NCBI RefSeq assembly: GCF_009914755.1
Contig: NC_060947.1
DNA from: the human T2T-CHM13v2.0 reference genome, Homo sapiens
DNA: 64,000 nucleotides
Reading direction: 5' to 3' (one strand)
Part shown: positions 41,040 through 61,353 of the stretch, piece by piece
Position numbering within the stretch: position 1 is the first letter of the stretch
How the letters are laid out: each line of letters starts with the position of its first letter
Notes under the pieces: model-generated
Database searches by the model: none
Told to the model about the DNA's origin: nothing
What the model saw: only the letters and a program-made list of their open reading frames with translations
Translations under genes and position numbers: made by a program

Positions 41040-43750
41040 AAGTTTACAAGATGAGGTACGTATAACTGGAAAATATATAGAACCTGAGAGCCTGCTGAGG
41101 TACTTATCTTGTTGGAAGAAGGTGCAGTTATTGTATGTGTAAAAAAATCAGTAAGGGTAAATAACATGAAGATAGATCTTACGTTACAGGGCAAGAATAG
41201 AAAAAAAAAAAAAAACAGAAAAAGAGAAAAACAAAACAAAAAAAAGGAGTACCATAAATAAAACACATAAAAAGAAATGCCAGAATTAAATCCCAATATA
41301 GAAGTAATTGCAATAAATGTACAAGAATTAAACTTACCAATTAAAAGAAAGACACAGACTAAAACAAAAGATTCAACAATATTCAGACTAGAAGAGATAT
41401 ACTTTAGAGTCACAAACTGAAAATAATAAGATATGCCAGGCAAATATGAACCAAAATAAAGCTGAGGTAGCAGTCTCAATATCTGACTAAATAGAATTTA
41501 CGTGACAAAAATCAACAGGACAAGAAGATATAGCCATCATAAATATAAACATATTGTATAATACAGTCTCGAACTATATCAAGCAACTAGCAGAACTGCA
41601 AAGAGAAAAGGAACAAGTGCACATGGATATTTTAATACTCTTCTTAGGAACTAATAGGTCAAGCAGACCAAAAAAAAAAAAAAAAATCAAATGAAGATAC
41701 GGAACACTTACACATTACAACTGAAAAACTCAAGCTATTATATACAGAGTAGGACTCTATATCCAACAAATAGAACATTCAAGACAACAAAAAAAAATTC
41801 CCAAAAAGAGACCATGATTACAGCTGTAAATGAAACATCAATAAATTCCAAACGTTCAATATCATACAGTTTAGGTTCTCCAACCACAATGCAATAGCAC
41901 TAGAAATTAATAACAAAATAATAGCCAAAATGTAGCGTATGTTTGAAAACACAATAGCTTATTACTAAATTAACCTTGGGTTAAAAAGAAAAAGGAAAGG
42001 AAACTAAGAAATATTTAAAAGTGAACGATAATAAAAACACAACAAATAAAAATTTGAAGGACAGAGTTAAACAAGAACTAAGAAGTAAATGTATAGTAGT
42101 AAGTAAGTTTACCATGAAATGAGAAAGGTTAACAACATACTAGTTGAACAGTCAATGTAATGGAAATAAGCAAAAGAACAGAGAAATAAGATGATAAAGC
42201 ACAGAAATTTAAAACCAGAGAATCCTCCTCCACAGATACACACACATAGCCTGAACAGAAAAGATTAACAAACCAGAATTTAATTATTTCAAAAGGTTAA
42301 TAGGATAGATCTTTGCTAAAAAAGAGAAAAGATGCAAATAAACAAAATACAGAATGAAAAAGGGAAAATATAAAAAATTAAAACTATCACTATTATGAAC
42401 AACAATATGCTAATAAATTGGAAAACTTATAAGAACTGTTTTTAAATATCAAGAAAAAAATAAAATGGCAATGGTAGTCAAAGATTTTCCCTAACAAAAC
42501 CCTCAGGCCCAGATGATGTTATAGGTTTATTCTACTAAACTTCCAAAATATAATTAATTACTACCTTATCCAATTGATTCCAGTCACTGGAAAAAGAATA
42601 AAGTTACTCAGTCCATTTTATGAGGGCAATTTAATCTTGATTCTAAAATCAAATAAAGACAATTATAAAGTAAGAAAGTTTAGGGCTACTTCATTTATGA
42701 AATGTAGACACAAAAAATGCTAAATAATGTTAATGAATCAACAGTATATTTTAAAAAATACATTTTGATCAAGTGCAGTTTATCACAAGAAAGCATGGGG
42801 AGTTCAACATCAGAAAATGTCAACGTAATACATCACCAAGACTAAAAAGAAAAATCATATGCTTTATCTCAATTGATACAGAAAAAGAAGTATTTAATAT
42901 AGCTTAATTCTATTTATAATGATAATCCTTAGTAAACAAGGAATAAAAGTAAACGATCTTAACTTGGTAAAAATTATATACAAAAAACCTACAAAGTATG
43001 TTATGAATAATGAAGAAACTAACTGCATTAATTTAAAATCATGAACACGACAAACTTGACTCTAACTATTACTGCTATTGTTTTAAATATCCTGGCTAAA
43101 TACTATGAGGAAAGGGGGCGTGGAATTAAGAAATGCAAGGATCAGAAGGGAAGTTCTATATTTGGCACCACTTACAGAAGGTAATCATTCAACTAGAAAA
43201 AAATGAAAGAAAAGAATCAACCAAACTCTCAGAACTAATATAAAAGAGTTCAGCAAGGATACCAAATATAATATCAACCACAAAAGTCAATAACATTTTC
43301 CTATATCAGCAACGATCACTTAAAAAACATAATTAAAAAAATAACATTCACGATGGCAACAAAAATTATATAGAATCTAGAAATTAGCTTAATTAACCAA
43401 GTATACACAAGACCTTTACAGAGAAAACTTTAAAAGTCTAATGAAGGATATAGAATATAATCTAAAGAAATAATGTCTATGCTCTTGGATAGGCCAACTT
43501 AATATAATAAAGATGGCAATTATCCCTCAATCTATAAATTCAATACAATTTCAATCATATTTCAAAGTGGATTTTCTAATAAACTTATTCTAAATTTACA
43601 TAGAAGAACAAAACCCCACAAATTGCTAAATCAACCTCAAAAAAAAGTAAAGGGGAAAGATTTGCTCTACTAGGTATTAAAACATACTCAAAGCTGTGGG
43701 GGAAAAAAATCAACAACAACAACAACAAAAAACCTCTAGTACTATTGCAG

Positions 43751-43783
<33 letters not shown>

Positions 43784-44510
43784 AGAAAAATAAACCAATG
43801 GAAAAGGACCAGAGCTCAAAATCAGATTGATGTAAAAAATGGGAGTCTAATAGAGCATAAACATGGCACTACAAATTGACAGACAAAAGAGTATTTGCTA
43901 GATGTGTTGGGGAAACAGTATTAGTACATGCAGTAAGCTAAGGCCATATCCTTACCTAACACCATATACAAAACTAGACTCTAGATATATCTATATGTAA
44001 CTCTTACATAAAATATAAAGTTACTGAAAAAATGCAGAGTACCTTGGATCTATGAACAGGGAAAGACTTTTTAAAAATTAATAAGAGAATAGGAGAACAT
44101 ATGTGCCACTCCTAAAACTAACAAGGAATTATTATCTAGAATATACAAGGGACTTTTGCAACTCAATAAGAAAAAGAGGCCCCAAAAGAAAAATATATGA
44201 AGCATAAGAACAGGCAAGTTGCATAAGAGGCAATCCCAGAAGCATATAACCATGAAGAGAAGCTCAAAACATTGGGAATAAAATAAAGTTAAATTAAAAT
44301 AAGATATTGCTTTAAGACTACAAGATTTGCAAAAACTAGACAGCTAGAAGATGCCAAGTGTTGGTAGGGTTCAAGGCATATAGGAATCCTCATCCACTAC
44401 AACCAGGGGGTTACAGATACGTGGGGACCATTCGGAAGGGCAATCTGGCACTACTTAATAAAAAAAAATGTATTTCCTATGACTCAGCAAATGTCCATCA
44501 CTTTGAGAAT
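41040..44510 (+). mobile_element. Ancient L1M (ME/MC-like) ORF2 relic
   Basis: Very A-rich, colinear degenerate ORF2 motifs (caggcccagatg, gagttcagcaag, tataaattcaatacaat); appears to resume after ~51110. Confidence 0.7.
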
Positions 44511-44517
44511 AGTCAGG

Positions 44518-44895
44518 TAATACAGTTTGGATACTTGTCCCCACCCAAATCTCATGTTGAAATATAATGCCCAATGTTGGTGGTGGGGCCTGGTGGGAAG
44601 TGACTGGATCATGGGGGTGAATTCCTCATGAATGATTTAGCCCCATCCTTTCATGCTGTCCTCATGATAATGACTGAATTCTTGTGAGATCTGGTTGTCT
44701 AAAGGTGTGTGGCACTTTGCACTCTCTTGGTCCTGCTCCAAACATGTGAGATGCCTGCTTCTCACCTACAATTTATGCCATGATTGTAAGCTGTCTGAGG
44801 CCTACCCAGAGGCAGATGCCTGTGTTATGGTTTCTGCTCAGACTGCAGAACTGTGAGCCAATTAAACTTCTTTTCTTTAAAAATTACTCAGTCTC
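44518..44895 (+). mobile_element. MST-family MaLR LTR, split by L1 (last ~40 bp at 51068-51106)
   Basis: gtccccacccaaatctcatgttgaa, ccatgattgtaag, gaactgtgagccaattaaac; resumes aggtatttcttta...aatgcaagaac after the L1. Confidence 0.85.
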
Positions 44896-51050
<6,155 letters not shown>

Positions 51051-51905
51051 AAAAATTATCCAGTCTCAGGTATTTCTTTATTGAAATGCAAGAACAGGCC
51101 TGTTCAGGTCAAATGTGATGGGATATTATGCAGCTATTAGAAGCAATGGGTTAGATGTACATACAGCAATATAAATATGACAGGGAAAAAAGTAAGAGAA
51201 TGATATACAGAAGGCATCACTATATAAACTAAAATTTCATGTGTATAAAACAACTATCATGTTTTGAAAGATGCATTCTAATACAAATCACATTAATCAT
51301 ATTAGAATGCTTGCCTGAGATGGGGGAGTGGAATGGGAAAAAAATGGGCTAAGTAATTAAATAAAAACAAGAGGTAGCTTTTCATGGACCAATGATGATA
51401 AGTACCAAGAATTGAGGAGCACATTATGAACTCAATGCAATACACCTGAGGTTAGAAAAATAGAACAAAACAAACTAAAAAGCCATCTTTCCTTTTCAGA
51501 AACATGAGAAATAATCTTAGATATTTAAATGGTGTTGTATGATGTTGGCCTCTTTAACTCATAGGTGAATGAGTGGTTCAGAACCCCTGCTTCTAACATG
51601 TATATTCATACCCTTAGATGTCATAATTTTCATTTACAAAATGAAAATTTTCATTTATAAAAAAAAAAAGGAAAGGCGAGATGCTTGTGAACATAAAATC
51701 CCTAGCCCAATGATCTTTTCATTCACATGTTCTCTTGTTGACATCCATGAGTCATTAGCCCAAAGTCTGCCAGTGTGACAAATTATGTAGGCAAATTACA
51801 TATAGCTAAAAGGGATAACACAAAAATGGTATCACCTTTTTCCCTGAAGGCATTTAAGAAAAGGATATTCATTTATCTACTGAGGCCTTGATACTTTCTC
51901 TTATA

Positions 51906-52106
51906 TAGTCATGCACCACATAACAACATTTCAGTCAACAACGTACCACAAATACAATGGTGGTGGGAGCAATAGGCTATATACCACATAGCCTAGGTGT
52001 GTAGTAGGTTTGTGTAAGTACACTCTATGTTGTTCACACAATGACAAAATTGCCTAGTGAGGCACTTCTCAGAACATATCCCCATGGTAAAGTGATGCAT
52101 GACTGT
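51906..52106. mobile_element. Tigger3/MER7-like DNA transposon
   Basis: TA-flanked TIRs tagtcatgcaccacataac ... gtgatgcatgactg. Confidence 0.75.
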
Positions 52107-52128
52107 AACTCTAAATGTGCTCTAATTA

Positions 52129-52435
<307 letters not shown>

Positions 52436-52715
52436 AATTAACAAATCAATCAGTATCAAAAATGTTCTCCTTATTAATCTTGTAAAGTATAAATAGCTTA
52501 TTTACATTTATAAGAAAAGCATTACAAGCTCAACAGATGAAGTAGCCAAAGAACATGAACAGATAATTCACATAAGAGAAAATAAAAATGTGATGAGTTA
52601 AATTTCACTAGTAATGACAGAAATGCTAATTTTAAATGACATGGAGCTACTATTTTATACGTATTAAATTTGAAAAACATCAAATACTAGCATGGTTGTG
52701 GTAAAACTGGTATGC

Positions 52716-52979
52716 TTATACAGTGCTGATTGCAATGCTATATCACGTTTAGAAAGCAATATGGAAAAACTGTCAAGAACATATAAGTATAAACCAGTAT
52801 CCTTTGACCCAATACCCTACTGTTAGAAGTTTATCCTCAGAAATGTATCTTTATACATAGCTGATTGCAATGCTATATCACTTTTAGAAAGCAATATGGA
52901 AAAACTGTCAAGAACATATAAGTATGAACCAGTATCTTTTGACCCAATATCCCTACACTTAGAAGTTTATCCTCAGAAA
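52716..52979 (+). repeat. Tandem duplication, ~135-bp period, 2 copies, within an old L1 3' relic
   Basis: gctgattgcaatgctatatcac...ttagaagtttatcctcagaaa occurs twice (52716-52843, 52851-52979). Confidence 0.93.
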
Positions 52980-53404
52980 ATCAAATTTATACACATGAGA
53001 ATATTCCCTGAGATTCTGCCAATAATAGGAGAAAACTAGAAATACCTGTATGTCCAATAATAGGGGAAAGGATTAGGTAAATTTAAGAACATTATATTAA
53101 AATGGACTATTAAGTAGATAAATAATACTATGGTTCCTAGGTAGGTGCCTTTCACATATTAAGTGTACAAAAATTAACTAGATCTGAAATTTGGTGCCAT
53201 TAAAAATTTTTCCAGAACTGTATAAAAATATTTAACATAATAAATTTAAAAGTTAAGTAAAAATATTATAAATATGTTAAACAATGTAGGTATGCATACC
53301 TACATACCTACATTGATGAGAACATAGATGAGAACATAATGGAATGAAAACGGTAGCCTAAATTTAGAATGACAGGATTTGGGGTAATCCTTAATGTTAA
53401 GATT

Positions 53405-54140
53405 TTTTAAACTTTTTTATTATTAAATAATTATAGATTCATAGGAAATTGCAAAAAAAAAAAAATTACAGGAAGTTCCCAAGGACCTTTTGCCCAGTCT
53501 CTCAAAATTTAACATCTTACAATAACTATATTATGTCATCAAAACCAGGAAAATGATATTGGTACAATCCACAGATCTTATTTGGATTATACCCATTATA
53601 TATGTAGTTATACATGTATACCAGGTAACAGTTATAAATTGTGTGTGTGTATGGCTATATGCAATTATATCACACGTATAGCTTTGTGTAACTATCAGCA
53701 CAATCATGATACATACATACATACCACAAAACTCCCTTCTGCTATTTCTTTAGAGTCACACCCATCCCTTCTCCATCGAGCCCTTGGCAAACACTAATCT
53801 GTTCTTCATCTCTACAATTAATTCTTAAAGAATATTATATAAACAGAACCATTCAGTATGTAACCTTTTGAGATTGGCCTTATTCACCCAGCATAATTCT
53901 CTTAAGATTCATCCAGGTGTTTGCCTATATCAATAGTTTACCTCTTTTCATTGATTAACAGTATTGCAACTGTATGGATATATCATAAGTTATCTAACCA
54001 TTTACTCACTGAAGGGACATATGGGTAGTTTCCAGTTTGGGGCTATTATGAATAAAGCTGCTATGAACATAGTACACAAGTTTCTGCATGAAAATAGGTT
54101 TTCATTTCTCTGGGATAAATGGCCAAGAGTGCAATTTCTG
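53405..54140 (-). mobile_element. Old L1MC-like 3' end
   Basis: ttggtacaatccacagatcttatt, cactaatctgttc, gggctattatgaataaagctgctatgaacat. Confidence 0.75.
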
Positions 54141-54511
54141 TAATATTTTTTAATGACAAATTAAAATTCATATGTATGCACTTAAAGGAAAAGAGTACTT
54201 CATTGTCAGACAAATAACTCTGACAGGGCTGGGCCAATCAATCCACAGACCCCAATAACACCAATCTAGGAAGTATGTTCAAGCCAAAAGTGGGAACAAA
54301 GAGAGATGATAAACACTGTGCTATACTCTACATGTTATCTCATTTAATCCTCATAATAACTATTTAAGATAGGTGATATTGTTAATTCCATTTCATATAT
54401 GTGGAAATTGGGTCTCAGAGAGGTAAATTAACTTATCGAAGACCACATGGGTGGTTAAGTGGTGAGGTAAAGGCAGGCAGTGAGAAGCAAGAACCCAAAC
54501 TCTTAACCATT

Positions 54512-54891
54512 TGATATGGTTTGGATTTGTGTCCTTTCCCAAATCCTATGTTGAATTGTAATCCCCAATGTTAAAGGAGGGGCCCAGTGGGAGGTGATTA
54601 GATCACGAGGGCAGATTTCCCCCTGGCTGTTCTCATGATAGTGAGTTCTCATGAGATCTGGTTGTTTAAAAGTGTGTAGCACATCCCTCTCTCTCCCTCT
54701 CTCCTGCTCCAGCCATTTGAAAATAAACCTGCTTCCCCTTCACCTTCTGCCATGACTGAAAATTTCCTGAGGCCTCTTCAGCCATACTACTCATACAGCT
54801 TGCAGAACTATGAGTCAATTAAACCTCTTTTCTTTAGAAACTACCCAATCTTCAGTTATTTCTTTATAGCAGTGTGAGAATGAACTAATAC
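54512..54891 (+). mobile_element. MST-family solo LTR
   Basis: tgatatggtttgg ... gaactaataca; 5-bp TSD ccatt. Confidence 0.88.
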
Positions 54892-55921
54892 ACCATTATA
54901 CTATACTGCCACAGACTTATTAACCGTGTGTGGTTGGGGAGAGGAAGGGAACTGAAAAAACCTCCCACCCCTATGGCCCACCCTCTAAAAGAGGAAAGGT
55001 AACAAAAATGTAGTCAAAGCATGGAGGCTAGGGGAAGATGCCAAGATACCCCAATCTAAGCACACCACATTCTCTTTGGGCAGGGACAGATTAGAAGAGA
55101 CAAGGCAGTAATAATGGGAACTTCCTGCCAAAGTAACTGTATCTGAAGAATACTGATCTTGTAGTAAGATGGTACAGCACTGGGCTCAAAGAAAAAAAGC
55201 CAAATGGACTCAGGAAGTTTTCTTTCAGCCAGATATCTTGATGTTCACTCTACCACAGAGCCAGACAACAGCAAAAATACAAACAACTAAAGCTAGATTT
55301 AATTCAGTAATTCTTTTTTGAATGCCTACTATGTACCAGATTCTGTGCTAAACCATCCCATGGGAAATAAAAGTAGAATGTATGAGACATTATAAATTAT
55401 AAACTCCCAGGAGTTTATAATTTGTTGAAGAATGCAAACATGAACCCAACTCAATGCAACATAACAAAAGACATCCTGTGGTAAATGCCAAAACAGGTGC
55501 ATGAGCAGAGCACTAGGGCAACCAGAGGTCCAAGTTTCAGAAAGATTCCCCTGGGAGACACCTAGAACTGAATATTCAAAGGTATTCTTTCTTTAATTCA
55601 AGATTCTGTAGTATCTACTATTTTCAGACTATGGAGTTAGGCATTTTAAGGGAAAATGAAATAAACAAGGCATGATCCCTCCCGACAACCATCCATTTAA
55701 CAAACATTCATTGAGAATCTACTATATGCCAGGCACTGTGTCAAATGTTATAGAATTAAAGATGTCTAAGCACGCTCTTTATCCTAAAGGACTAACAGAG
55801 TTAGTGCTCACAAATCAGGCAAGGAAGTACCATCAGTATTTAGGAAACAGAATAAGGATTGTACTCAGCCAAGAGTGGAATAAAAGTAGTTAAAGAGAAG
55901 TGAAAAAGGTTGCTGAACACC

Positions 55922-56327
55922 TATAGTAGGTTGAATGGCAGCCTCCTGAAAGACAGGTCTTCTTTCTAATACCTGGACCCTGTGAATGTTACCCTATTTG
56001 GAAAAGGGGTCTTTGCAGATATAAGTAAGTTAAAGATCTAAGATGAAATCATCCAGGACTGCCAAGGTGGGCTGCAAATCCAGTGATAAGTGTCCTTATA
56101 ACAGACAGAGAGGAGACGGCACACAGAGAAGGATATGTGAAATGGAGGCAGAGATTGGAGCGATGGATATAGCCACCAGGAATGCTGACAGCTACCAGAA
56201 ATTGGAAGATGCAATAAGGAAGGATTCTCCCTTAAAGCCTCCAGAGAGAGGGCAACCCTGCCAACATGTGAATTTCAGACTTCTGGGCTCCTGAATGGTG
56301 AGGGAATAAATTTCTATTGTTTTAAGC
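55922..56327 (+). mobile_element. MLT1-family LTR
   Basis: tgtgaatgttaccctatttggaaaaggggtctttgcagat ... aataaatttctattgttttaagc. Confidence 0.8.
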
Positions 56328-56356
56328 AAAAAAAAAAAAAAAAAAAGTGAAGGAAG

Positions 56357-56650
56357 GGCCAGCTGTGGTGGCTCACACTTGTAATCCCAGCACTTTTGGG
56401 AGGCCAAGGCAGGAGAATCATTTGAGCCCAGGAGTTTGAGACCAGCCTGGGAAACACAGCAAAACCCCATCTCTACAAAACTTAGCCAGGCATGCTGGTG
56501 GGTGCCTGTAGTCCCCGCTACTCAGGAGACTGAGGAGGTGGGAGGATTGCCTGAGCTTGGGAGGCAGAGACTGCAGTGAGCTGAGAGCACACTACTGCAC
56601 TCCACCCTGGGTGACAGAGAGAGACTGTCTCAATAGAAAAAAAAAAAAGT
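56357..56650 (+). mobile_element. AluJ-like
   Basis: ggccagctgtggtggctcacacttgtaatccc ... ctgggtgacagag plus A tail. Confidence 0.88.
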
Positions 56651-56767
56651 AAAGGGATGGAGAAAGATATACCATGCTTACACTAATCAAAATAAGTTGA
56701 AGTACATATATTAATATAAGACATAAAAGACTTCAGAGCAAGGAAAGTTATCAGGAATGAAGAGAGG

Positions 56768-57086
56768 TGGAATGGTCTGAATGCTGGTGTCCCTCAAAAA
56801 TTCATATGTTGAAATCTAACCCCTGCCAATGCAATAGTATTAACAGGTGGGGTATTTAGGTGGTGATTAGCTCATGAGGGTTCTCTGCTCATAAATGGGA
56901 TTAGTGCTCTTATGAAAGAGGCTTAAAGGAGCTGTTTGCCCCTTCTGCCATGTGAGGAGGCAGCAAAAAGACCACTGTCTATGAACCAGGAAGTAGGCCC
57001 TCTCCAGATACCAAATCTGCATGCATCTTATCTTGGACTTCACATCCTCCAGAACTGTGAGCAATAAATTCTATTGTCTCACTGAG
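56768..57086 (+). mobile_element. MLT1A-like LTR interrupted by MST (3' tip at ~59460-59506)
   Basis: aaattcatatgttgaaatctaacc, ccagaactgtgagcaataaatt; resumes gttatagcagcctgaacagactaaaaca. Confidence 0.75.
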
Positions 57087-59459
57087 CGATATGGTTTGGC
57101 TCTGTGTCCCCACCCAAATCTCATGTTGAATTGTAATCCTCAGTGGTGGAGGACAGGCCTGGTGGGAGGTGACTGGATCATGAGGGTGGACTTCCCCCTT
57201 GCTGTTCTCATGATAGTGAGTGAGTTCTCACACGATCTGGTTGTTTAAAAGTGTGTAGCACTTCCCCTTCACTCTTTCCTGTTCCACCATGTGAAGATGT
57301 GCCTACTTCCCCTTTGCTTCCACCATTATTGTAAGTTTCCTGAGGCTTCTCCAGCCATGCTTCTTGTACAGCCTGCAGAGCTGTGAGTCAATTAAACCTC
57401 TTTTCTTCATAAATTACCCAGTCCCAGGTAGTTCTTATAGCAATGCAAGAACAGACTAATACAGAAAATTGGTACCAGAAAAGAAGAACATTGCTAAAAA
57501 GATACCTGAAAATGTGGAAGCAGCTTTGAAACTGGGTAATAGGCTTTGGGTGGAAAAGTTTGGATGGCTCACAAGAAGACAGGAAGATAAAAGTTTGGAA
57601 CTTCCTAGAGTTGTTGAATGGTCGTGACCAAAATGTTGATAGTGATATGGACAATAAAGTCCAGGCTGAGGTGGTCTCAGATGGAGATGAGGAACCTATT
57701 GGGAACTGGAGTAAAAGTCACTCTTGCTATGCTTTAGCAAAGAGATTAGTGGCATTGTGCCCCTGCTCTAGGGATCTGTGGAACTCTGAACTTGAGAGTG
57801 ATGATTGAGGGTATGTGGCGGAATAAATTTCTAAGCAGCAAAGTGTTCAAGATGTGCCCTGGCTGCCTCTAACAGCATACGCTCATATATGTGAGCAAAG
57901 AGATAATCTGAAACTCTAACTTATATTTAAAAGAGAAGCACAGCATAAAAGTTTAGAAAACTTGCAGCCTGGTCATGTGGTAGAAGAGAAAACCCATTTT
58001 CAGGGGAGGAATTCAAACTGGATGCAGAAATTTGCATAAGTAAGGAAGAGCCAGATGTTAATAGCCAAAACAATGGAGAAAATACCTCAAAGGCATTTCA
58101 GAGACCTTCACAGCAGCCCCTCCCATCACAGGCCCGGAGGCCCAGGAGTGAATCAAGGTTTTGTGGTCTGGGCCCAGGGCCCTGCTGCCATACACAGCCT
58201 CGGGACACTGCTGTGTCCCAGCCACTCCAGCTCCAGCCATGGCTAAAAGAACCCCAGATACGTCTCAGGATGCTGCTCCAGAGAGTGCAAGCTACAAGCC
58301 TTGGCAGCTTCCACATGGTGTTAAGCCTGCAGGTGCTCAAAGGGCAAGAGTTGAGGCCTAGGAGCCTCCACCTAGATTTCAGAGGATGTAGGGAGATGCC
58401 TGGATGTCCAGGCAGAAGTCTGCTACAGAGCTAGAGCCTTCATGAAGAACCTCTACTAGGGTAGTGTGGAAGGGAAATGTGGGATTGGAGCCCTCACAAA
58501 GAGTTTCCACTGGGGCACTGCCTAGTGGAGCTGTGAGAAGAGGGCCACCATCCTCCAGACCCCAGAATGGTAGATCCACCCACAGCTTGCACTGTGCACC
58601 TGGAAAAGATCCACCCACAGCAAGCACTCTACACCAGTCTGTGAAAGCAGCCAAGAGGGCTGTACCCTGCAGAGCCAAAAGGCAAAATGCCCAAGGTCTT
58701 CTGAGCCCACCCCTTGCATCACTGTGGCCTGGATGTGAGACATACAGTCAAAGGAGATTATTTTGGAGCTTTAATATTTAATGACTACGCTGCTGGGTTT
58801 CAAACTTGCATGGTGCCTCTTTGTTTTGGCCAATATATCCCCTTTGGAATGGGAATATTTACCCAATGCCTGTACCTCTATTGTATCTGGAAGTAACTAA
58901 CTTGTTTTTTATTTTACAGGCTCATAAGCACAAGGGATGTGTCTTGTCTCAGATGAGACTTTGGACTTGAACTTTTGAATTAATGCTAGAATGAGTTAAG
59001 ACTCTGGGGAACTGTTAAAAAGGCATGACTGTTTTGAAATGTGAGAAGGACATAAGATTTGGGACGGGCCAGGGTGGAATGATATGGTCTGGCTCTATGT
59101 CCCCACCCAAATATCATGTCGAACTGTAATCCCCAATGTTTGAAGAAGGGCTTGGTGAGGGTAATTGGATCATGGGGCAGACTTCCCCCTTGCTGTTCTC
59201 ATGACAGTGAATTATCACGAGATCTCATTGTTTAAAAGTGTGTAGCACTTCCCCTTTTGCTCTGTCTCTCTCTTACTCTGCCATGTGAAGATGTGCTTGC
59301 TTCCCCTTCACCTTCTGCCATGACTGTAAATTTCCTGAGTCCTTCCCAGCCATGTTTCTTGTACAGCCTGTGGATCTGTGAGTCAATTAAACTTCTTTTC
59401 TTCATAAATTATGCAGTTTCAGGTAGTTCCTTACAGCAATGCAAGAAAAAACTAATACA
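57087..59459 (+). mobile_element. Complete MST MaLR element (LTR ~57087-57463, internal, LTR ~59080-59459)
   Basis: Two homologous LTRs (gatatggt...ctaataca) around a MaLR internal region starting aaattggtacc and ending in a purine tract. Confidence 0.9.
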
Positions 59460-59551
59460 CTAAATCTATAGTATTTTTGTTATAGCAGCCTGAACAGACT
59501 AAAACAAGAAGAAATACATAAAAATAGAGGGGTCAGTTCTCTAAGAACATA

Positions 59552-59800
59552 TTTTTTAATATGATCATGGCTCATTGCAGCCTCAACCTCCTGGACTCCA
59601 GTGATTCTCCCATCTCAACCTCCCAAGTAGCTGGGATTACAGGCATAAATCACCATGCCAACATAATTTTTTAACTTTTTGTAGAGAAAAGTTCTTACTA
59701 TGTTTCCCAGGCTGGTCTCAAACTCCCCGCCTCAAACGATCCTCCTGCCTTGGCCTCCCAAAATGCTAGGGTCTCAGGCATGAGCCACTGTGACCAGCCT
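59552..59800 (-). mobile_element. AluJ-like, 3' part missing
   Basis: gatcatggctcattgcagcctcaacctcc ... ggcatgagccactg. Confidence 0.85.
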
Positions 59801-60668
59801 GACACTTGAATGTAACAACACAGTTCTAAATAGCACATGGATCAAACAAGTTGCAAGAAAAATGTTTTTAAAACATTTCAAACTAAAAGAAAATACCTCT
59901 TAAAATTTGAAGGATATAGCAAAAGCAGTGCTTAGAAGAACATCTATAGCATTGAATGCATATATTAGAACAAAGAAAAATCTAAGGTCAATAATCTAAG
60001 CTTTTACCTTAGAAAACTAAAAAATACAAGAGCAAATTTAATCCAAAGTAAACTTCTGAAATATTATAGAGTAGAAATCAATGAAATTGATAACAGGAAA
60101 TCAATAGAGAAAATCAACAAAACCCAAAGCTGGCTCTTTGAAAAGATCAAGAAATTGATAAGATGCTAGCCAGGCTACCTAAGAAAGAGAGTGAAGACAC
60201 AAATAACACCAGAAATGAAAGAGGGGCCATCACTACTGATCCCATGTACATTAAAAGGATAATGAAACAATATTATGAATAACTGTATGTCCACAAATTT
60301 GATAATCTAGGTGAAATGGACCAATACATCAAAAGACACAGTCTACCAAAACTCATACAAGGAGAAACAGATCATCTGATTGGGCCATATCTATTAGAGA
60401 AACAAAATCCAAAATTAGCAATCTTCTAAAACAGAAAGGTTTAGGTCCAGATGGTTTCACTGGTGAATTCCACCAAACAATTAACAAAAAAATTATAGCA
60501 ATTATCTACCATCTCTTCAAAATGGAAGCAGACAGAATACTTCCTAACTCATTCTATAAGGCTAGCATTACCCTAATTCCAAAACCAGAAAATACATTAC
60601 TAGAAAGGAAAAGTACAGACTAATATTTTTCATGAACATAGATGCAAATATCCTCAACAAAATATTGG

Positions 60669-61063
60669 TGTATTAGTTTGCTAGGGCTGCCATAACAAAG
60701 TACCAGAAACTGGGCAGCTTAAGCAACAGAAATTTATTACCTCACAGTTCTGAAGTTCAGACAACCAAAATCAAGGTGTCAGCAGAACCGATTCCTTCTC
60801 AAAGATGTGAGGGAAGGATCTAACCCAGTCCTCTCCTCTAGGCTTATAGACATCTTCTCCCTCTGTCTTTTCACATCAGCTACCCAATATGCATGCCTGT
60901 GTCCAAATTTCTCCTTATAACCCAGTCACATTGGGTTAGGGCTCACCCTAATGACATCATTTTAACTTGATTACCTTTGTAAAGTCCCCATCTCAAAAAA
61001 AGTCATATTCTGAGGTTAGGACTTCAACATATGAACTTTTTGGGGGACACAATTCATACCATA
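60669..61063 (-). mobile_element. MLT1-family LTR
   Basis: tgtattagtttgctagggctgccataacaaagtacc ... ggggacacaattca. Confidence 0.8.
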
Positions 61064-61353
61064 AAAATTAGTAAATTGAATCCAACAATGTATAAAAATA
61101 ATTATACACTACAACCAAGTGGGTTTTATTCCAGGTATGTAATGTTGGTTCATCATTTAACAATCAATTAATGTAATCCATTACATCAACAAGCTAAAAA
61201 GGAAAAAAAAATCAGTGTCATACCACTAGATGAAGAAAAGCATTTGACAAAATCCAATCCCCAATAATGATAAAAACCTCTCAGCAAACTAGGAACAGAG
61301 GGGCATTTCCTCAGCTTGATAAATAACATCTACAAAAAACCTACAGATAACAT

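Larger units (their letters stand above)
56650..61353 (+). mobile_element. Old L1M ORF2 relic hosting nested MLT1, MST, Alu and second MLT1 insertions
   Basis: gtaaagggatggagaaagatatacc at 56650; resumes ~59507, ~59800-60667 and ~61065-61353. Confidence 0.75.

Noticed and set aside
58055-58896. Cluster of overlapping ORFs in GC-richer sequence
   Set aside because: Internal region of the MST element; no retroviral or host protein motif recognised.
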